This document shows positions 60,919-64,000 of a stretch of 64,000 nt of DNA, one piece after another. Position 1 is the stretch's first letter. Every line of letters begins with the position of its first letter. The stretch spans positions 43,586,001 to 43,650,000 of the forward strand of contig NC_088859.1 of NCBI RefSeq assembly GCF_963853765.1, in the 5' to 3' direction. The position numbers and the translations under genes are program-made. The DNA is from Magallana gigas (Eukaryota). Below the pieces are notes generated by a model. The model was given only the letters and a program-made list of their open reading frames with translations, was not told where the DNA came from and searched no databases.

Positions 60919-63286
60919 ATGTGGAATCAAGGAGGTATGAAATTCAATTTATATAAAACATTACTTGCTTACAGAGACGTTTTACTGACATTTTTAGATT
61001 TGTTTACAAAACCCGAAGTGCCTCGGTTCATACGTTAATATTTACATTTTCAATCATGTTTAGTTAATATCGAATATTTTAATATGTGAATGGTTGATAA
61101 TAATGTTTTTCTTATCTTCTTGGTTTAAATATGACTTAGGGTGGTATGAGACACGTCTATAACATGATGTACTTTCTAACGAAATAAAAATAATAAAAAT
61201 CAAGTATACTTCTATAAATGATTCTTTCACAAAGTTGTAAACGTTACCTACTGTAACAGCTGCAATGGGTTGGAGCGTATACTACGAATCTGTTAGTTAT
61301 GAAGTAGAATCCCGTTTGGGCTTTTACAATTTTTACCTTTCCAAAAATTTAAACTTTTTTATTGGTCAAATACTGTAAAAATTGAAAATTTTAAACTGGT
61401 ATAAGTATTTTGGTTATAATATACTTTGATTCACATTGATATTGACAGGTGTCCCATACCACATTAAGTCCTCAGGTGTTGTGGGAATGAAAGAACCCCC
61501 ATACCTATTTTATCAATTTATGGTCTTGGCTCTTGGCAAACACGATTTTTGAATGACATTGAATATCATAATGTTACTGTTCCTTCCAAGGTTATCAGGA
61601 CCAGGGTCAGGGTGGGTTCTCATCACCTGGAGGATTTGGAACACCACAGGGAACTCAGGGAGACAGAAAGGTTAAAATCCATATTGTGTTGTTGCCATTG
61701 AGATTCTTTTTAGTTTCGCTTGGAAATGAAATGTAGGAACATTAATGCTCATTCTTCGATCCACGGTCATTAAAATCGTACTTTTAGCAATGTTTCATTT
61801 TTTCATTGTATTTTTGTTCAGTTGTATTGAAAAAGCATTCTATTTATGTGATTAAAAAAAATTATATGTAACCTACTATAAGGATTTAATTAAGGAGGTC
61901 TGTTGAAATTGTATGCATTTCAATAGCAATTTAAACCTCAAATGCAAACTTAATAAAAATTAAAAAGTGTGTGAAAGGATTATATTAAATTGAAACGTGT
62001 CATCTTTACAGAGTCGAAACCGAGCACAAAATGTTCTTCCTTGCACAACTGCTGAGATACTTAGTGCTACTCAAAATGACGACAAGTTTTACTCAGGAGA
62101 AATTGAATTGTCACAGGTATAAAGATAATTATTAAAATAAATTTATCCTAACACCCTTTGAAGCTGAAAAATGAATTGCATAGTGCCTACTTAATGAAGT
62201 TCTTGGATATTATGTAAGAATGATTTTTCTTCCTTGTTGCAGATAACAATTGTTGGACTCATCATTGCTGTAAAGGAATCTCCAACAAGGATAGACTATG
62301 AAGTAGACGATATGACAGGACCACCTCTAGAAGTAAAACAATTTGTTGACAATGATGTAAGCAATTGATATTTATTATTTTTCATCATTTAACAGGGTTG
62401 TCTCTAAGACCCGGGGGGCGGGGAATTCCCCCGCCTATAATGCCTTATTTACCAGACTATAATTGCATTTCAAACACAATGTAGCTATAAGAAAGACCCC
62501 CAGACCCCCTTCTACTTTTTTATTTCTTCCTTCTACTTCAATTTTTAGAGACAACCCTGATTTAAGTAACATAGCTCTACTTTGATACATGTATTGTGTA
62601 TATTGTTGTAATAAGATGGTATTCTAAAATTGATAATACTCATGTAACATGCATAAGAATTAGATACATTAAAGCATGGTCAGGTTTATTTCCTATTGTA
62701 TAAGTAATTTATCATAGTTTATATATATAATGTCAACTTGGGGTAGAGAACTAGGCAGCAATATTGGTGGAAAAAAATATGTGAATTTTCAATTTCATAA
62801 AATGAGTGTCATTTTGGGGTTGCGAAGAAAGCCCTTGTCAGAGCAAATAGATTGGTGGACTGAACAACCCCACCCCTCGTCTAGGGTGGAACAGCACAAC
62901 AAATACACATGTTAATGTCTTTTAGAACCAGTTGCTAGAATGGCATATTATGGCATATTATAAAAAAAAAAATTGAAATTTTGAATCATTTTAGCCATTG
63001 TGAAAGTCTTAAAGATAAAAATACTAGTTAACACATGAATTTACTGGGAATCATTTTTGTTTACGCCATCTACATTTGACTTCAGGAGAGTGTACCAGAA
63101 CCAGAGAGAATAGCAGCATTGAGAGAGAATACCTATGTCAGAGTGTACGGGACAGTGCGGTCATTTGGAGGGAAGAGGAACGTGACTGCATTTAAGATGG
63201 TGCCAGTCATGGATATGAATGAAGTTACTTACCACATGCTGGAAGTCACTCACAGCCATTTAGCTCTATCCAAACATGCAGCCAGT
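60919..63286 (+). CDS. RPA2: Replication protein A 32 kDa subunit (partial; 3' exons not seen in the window)
   Basis: Exons 60919-60934 (MWNQG), 61591-61670 (GGFSSPGGFGTPQ), 62012-62116 (SRNRAQNVLPCT), 62243-62356 (ITIVGLI...DDMTGPPLEVKQFVD), 63086-63286 (NTYVRVYGTVRSFGGKRNVTAFKMVPVMDMNEVTYHMLEV). Confidence 0.96.
61250..61450 (+). mobile_element. Decayed tRNA-like/SINE-like repeat fragment in RPA2 intron 1
   Basis: Degenerate A-box (GGGTTGGAGCG) and B-box (GAAGTAGAATCCC) spacing followed by an AT-rich tail. No cloverleaf. Confidence 0.35.
62393..62559. mobile_element. 167-bp MITE in an RPA2 intron
   Basis: 14-bp TIRs CAGGGTTGTCTCTA / TAGAGACAACCCTG, with ATTTAA on both flanks. Confidence 0.75.
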
Positions 63287-64000
63287 GTATGTCTTTTTTT
63301 GTTTTCTTCATTTTTGGGGGGCTAATCAAGTTAAATTCTCTATTCTGACAACTGCCAATTTTATTACATATGTACTAAAATTGTTCTTTAAAAATTATGA
63401 CTGAACTCTTAGTTTTTCTCAAACTACTTGCATTCTTAGCTTACCTTTACTACTGTAAATGCAATATTGACCAAGTGTAAGTTTTTATTCAAATGTTGAG
63501 TATAAAAATCTACTGTCCTATACAGCTAAACTTAATATGTAAAGTTGTTTCAAAATTATTGGAAATTTAATGGGTTTTTTTTTCAAGAAATACAACATGC
63601 ATTTAAACTCAGTTCAAATTTACTTTAATTTTTGTATGGAATAACATTAGAATCATTAATGTAACCCTTTATTACTGACACTTTAAGACTTCTGAATTCT
63701 TTTTCAAAACCACTAAGTCTGATTACATGTTCTAGGAAAAGGACATTCTTTCCAATCAACTAGTTAATGCCTATCACCCATACTGAAGATTAAATAGATT
63801 AGATATGATGTTCCAGTTTTAAGGCATGCATGTACACGTACAATTGCTTGTTATATGAAATGTACAATAAATGACATTGTTTCACATTGTACCAGAATTA
63901 ATGAACAGATCATTGTAGCCAAGTTTTGTAAAACTCTATGAATATAATGCATATATTATTATCCACATGTATTTTTTTTTTTAATAAAATATCTCCATGA

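Overview
AT-rich, intron-rich animal genomic DNA. The repeat families and gene sequences suggest a bivalve, probably an oyster (Crassostrea/Magallana; inference). Exon structures were rebuilt by hand from GT-AG sites and reading-frame continuity. Three housekeeping genes are clear: AP3D1 (+, 34 exons, 4008-16884), GTF2E2/TFIIE-beta (+, single coding exon, 37606-38463) and RPA2 (+, 60919 onward, running off the window). Between them lie three lineage-specific, immune-looking genes. (1) A minus-strand gene fusing a dynamin-like GTPase to a pseudokinase (19716-34704). It appears to have up to three interchangeable N-terminal modules feeding one constant P-loop exon; one module comes from a very recent 658-bp intragenic duplication. 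(2) A RING-H2 plus tandem SPRY-like putative E3 ligase (45540-48643, first exon not found). (3) A secreted ShK-LU-ShK-LU-C-type lectin mosaic protein (49646-57360) with a GC-AG intron containing a (CT)n tract. The intervening DNA holds many non-autonomous elements (Kolobok-like, pogo/Tigger-like, Zator-like, Helentron/HINE-like, a decayed LINE), a 3.3-kb foldback element with ~720-740-bp inverted arms nested in another element, near-perfect palindromes, one assembly gap, and a possible spliced transcript divergent from RPA2. No rRNA, tRNA or CRISPR array was found.
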